Shown here: one piece after another, positions 63,616 through 64,000 of the stretch
How the letters are laid out: each line of letters opens with the position of its first letter
Numbering within the stretch: position 1 is the first letter of the stretch
Assembly: GCF_000143415.4 (NCBI RefSeq)
Contig: NW_003314270.1
Location: forward strand, 742,453 to 806,452
DNA from: Selaginella moellendorffii
Lineage: Eukaryota; Plantae; Lycopodiophyta
Reading direction: 5' to 3'
Length of the DNA: 64,000 nucleotides
Notes under the pieces: generated by a model
Database searches by the model: none
What the model was told of the DNA's origin: nothing
Seen by the model: only the letters and a program-made list of their open reading frames with translations
Translations under genes and position numbers: made by a program

Positions 63616-64000
63616 ATTTGAAATATTTCCTTTTTTATTTTTGTTTTTATAAAAAAACATTATTTTAAAAATGTGTTAAAAAGTAAAGTATGAGATCTTG
63701 TGACATTTGAAAATATCATTACAACATCAACTTTATGATTAATATTTAGTTTTTAGGCATGTTAAATAAAAAATAAAAATAAAAATTTGTAATGAAAGTA
63801 TATATATCATCATCATCATACTTTTACTAATTTTAGCAATTTTAAGTATATCTATTAATATTTAATCAGCACATATTTAATAACCAACATCAAAATACAA
63901 TGCTTTATTAGTAATACTAAACATCAAAGTTTCCAAAATTACATAAAAAATTATTTTTAATATAGCCTTAAAAAATAAAATTTTACCTTTTGGATACCTT

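Overview
Gene-dense plant nuclear DNA with very short GT-AG introns (mostly 45-80 nt), telo-boxes and PLS-class PPR genes. The style points to a lycophyte, probably Selaginella (inferred, not searched). Conserved genes fill 1-24.6 kb (Mpv17/PMP22, pectate lyase, RPL5, WRAP73/WDR8, PPR-DYW, VAL/HSI2 B3 repressor, GRX-like, RPS30, DTW protein, DCAF12-like, a broken LRR-RLP, JINGUBANG-like WD40) and 45.9-57.9 kb (type-B ARR, ARF-GAP/C2, PPR, CDKF;1, MLH1). Between them, about 25.5-43.5 kb, lies a rearranged island that the ORF track largely misses. It holds three spliced type-4 (Ec-like) metallothionein genes (two intact, one pseudogene) and decayed 11S legumin-like genes, with RY (CATGCA) boxes beside the TATA boxes of the intact MT copies and the full-length legumin copy. 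It also holds an intronless, microbial-looking, His-lined Vgb-type beta-propeller gene and a ~7 kb AT-rich relic with long inverted repeats. The window ends with a full-length but inactivated Ty3/gypsy element whose two 175-bp LTRs differ only by transitions. Gene models were read by eye, so exon edges are approximate.
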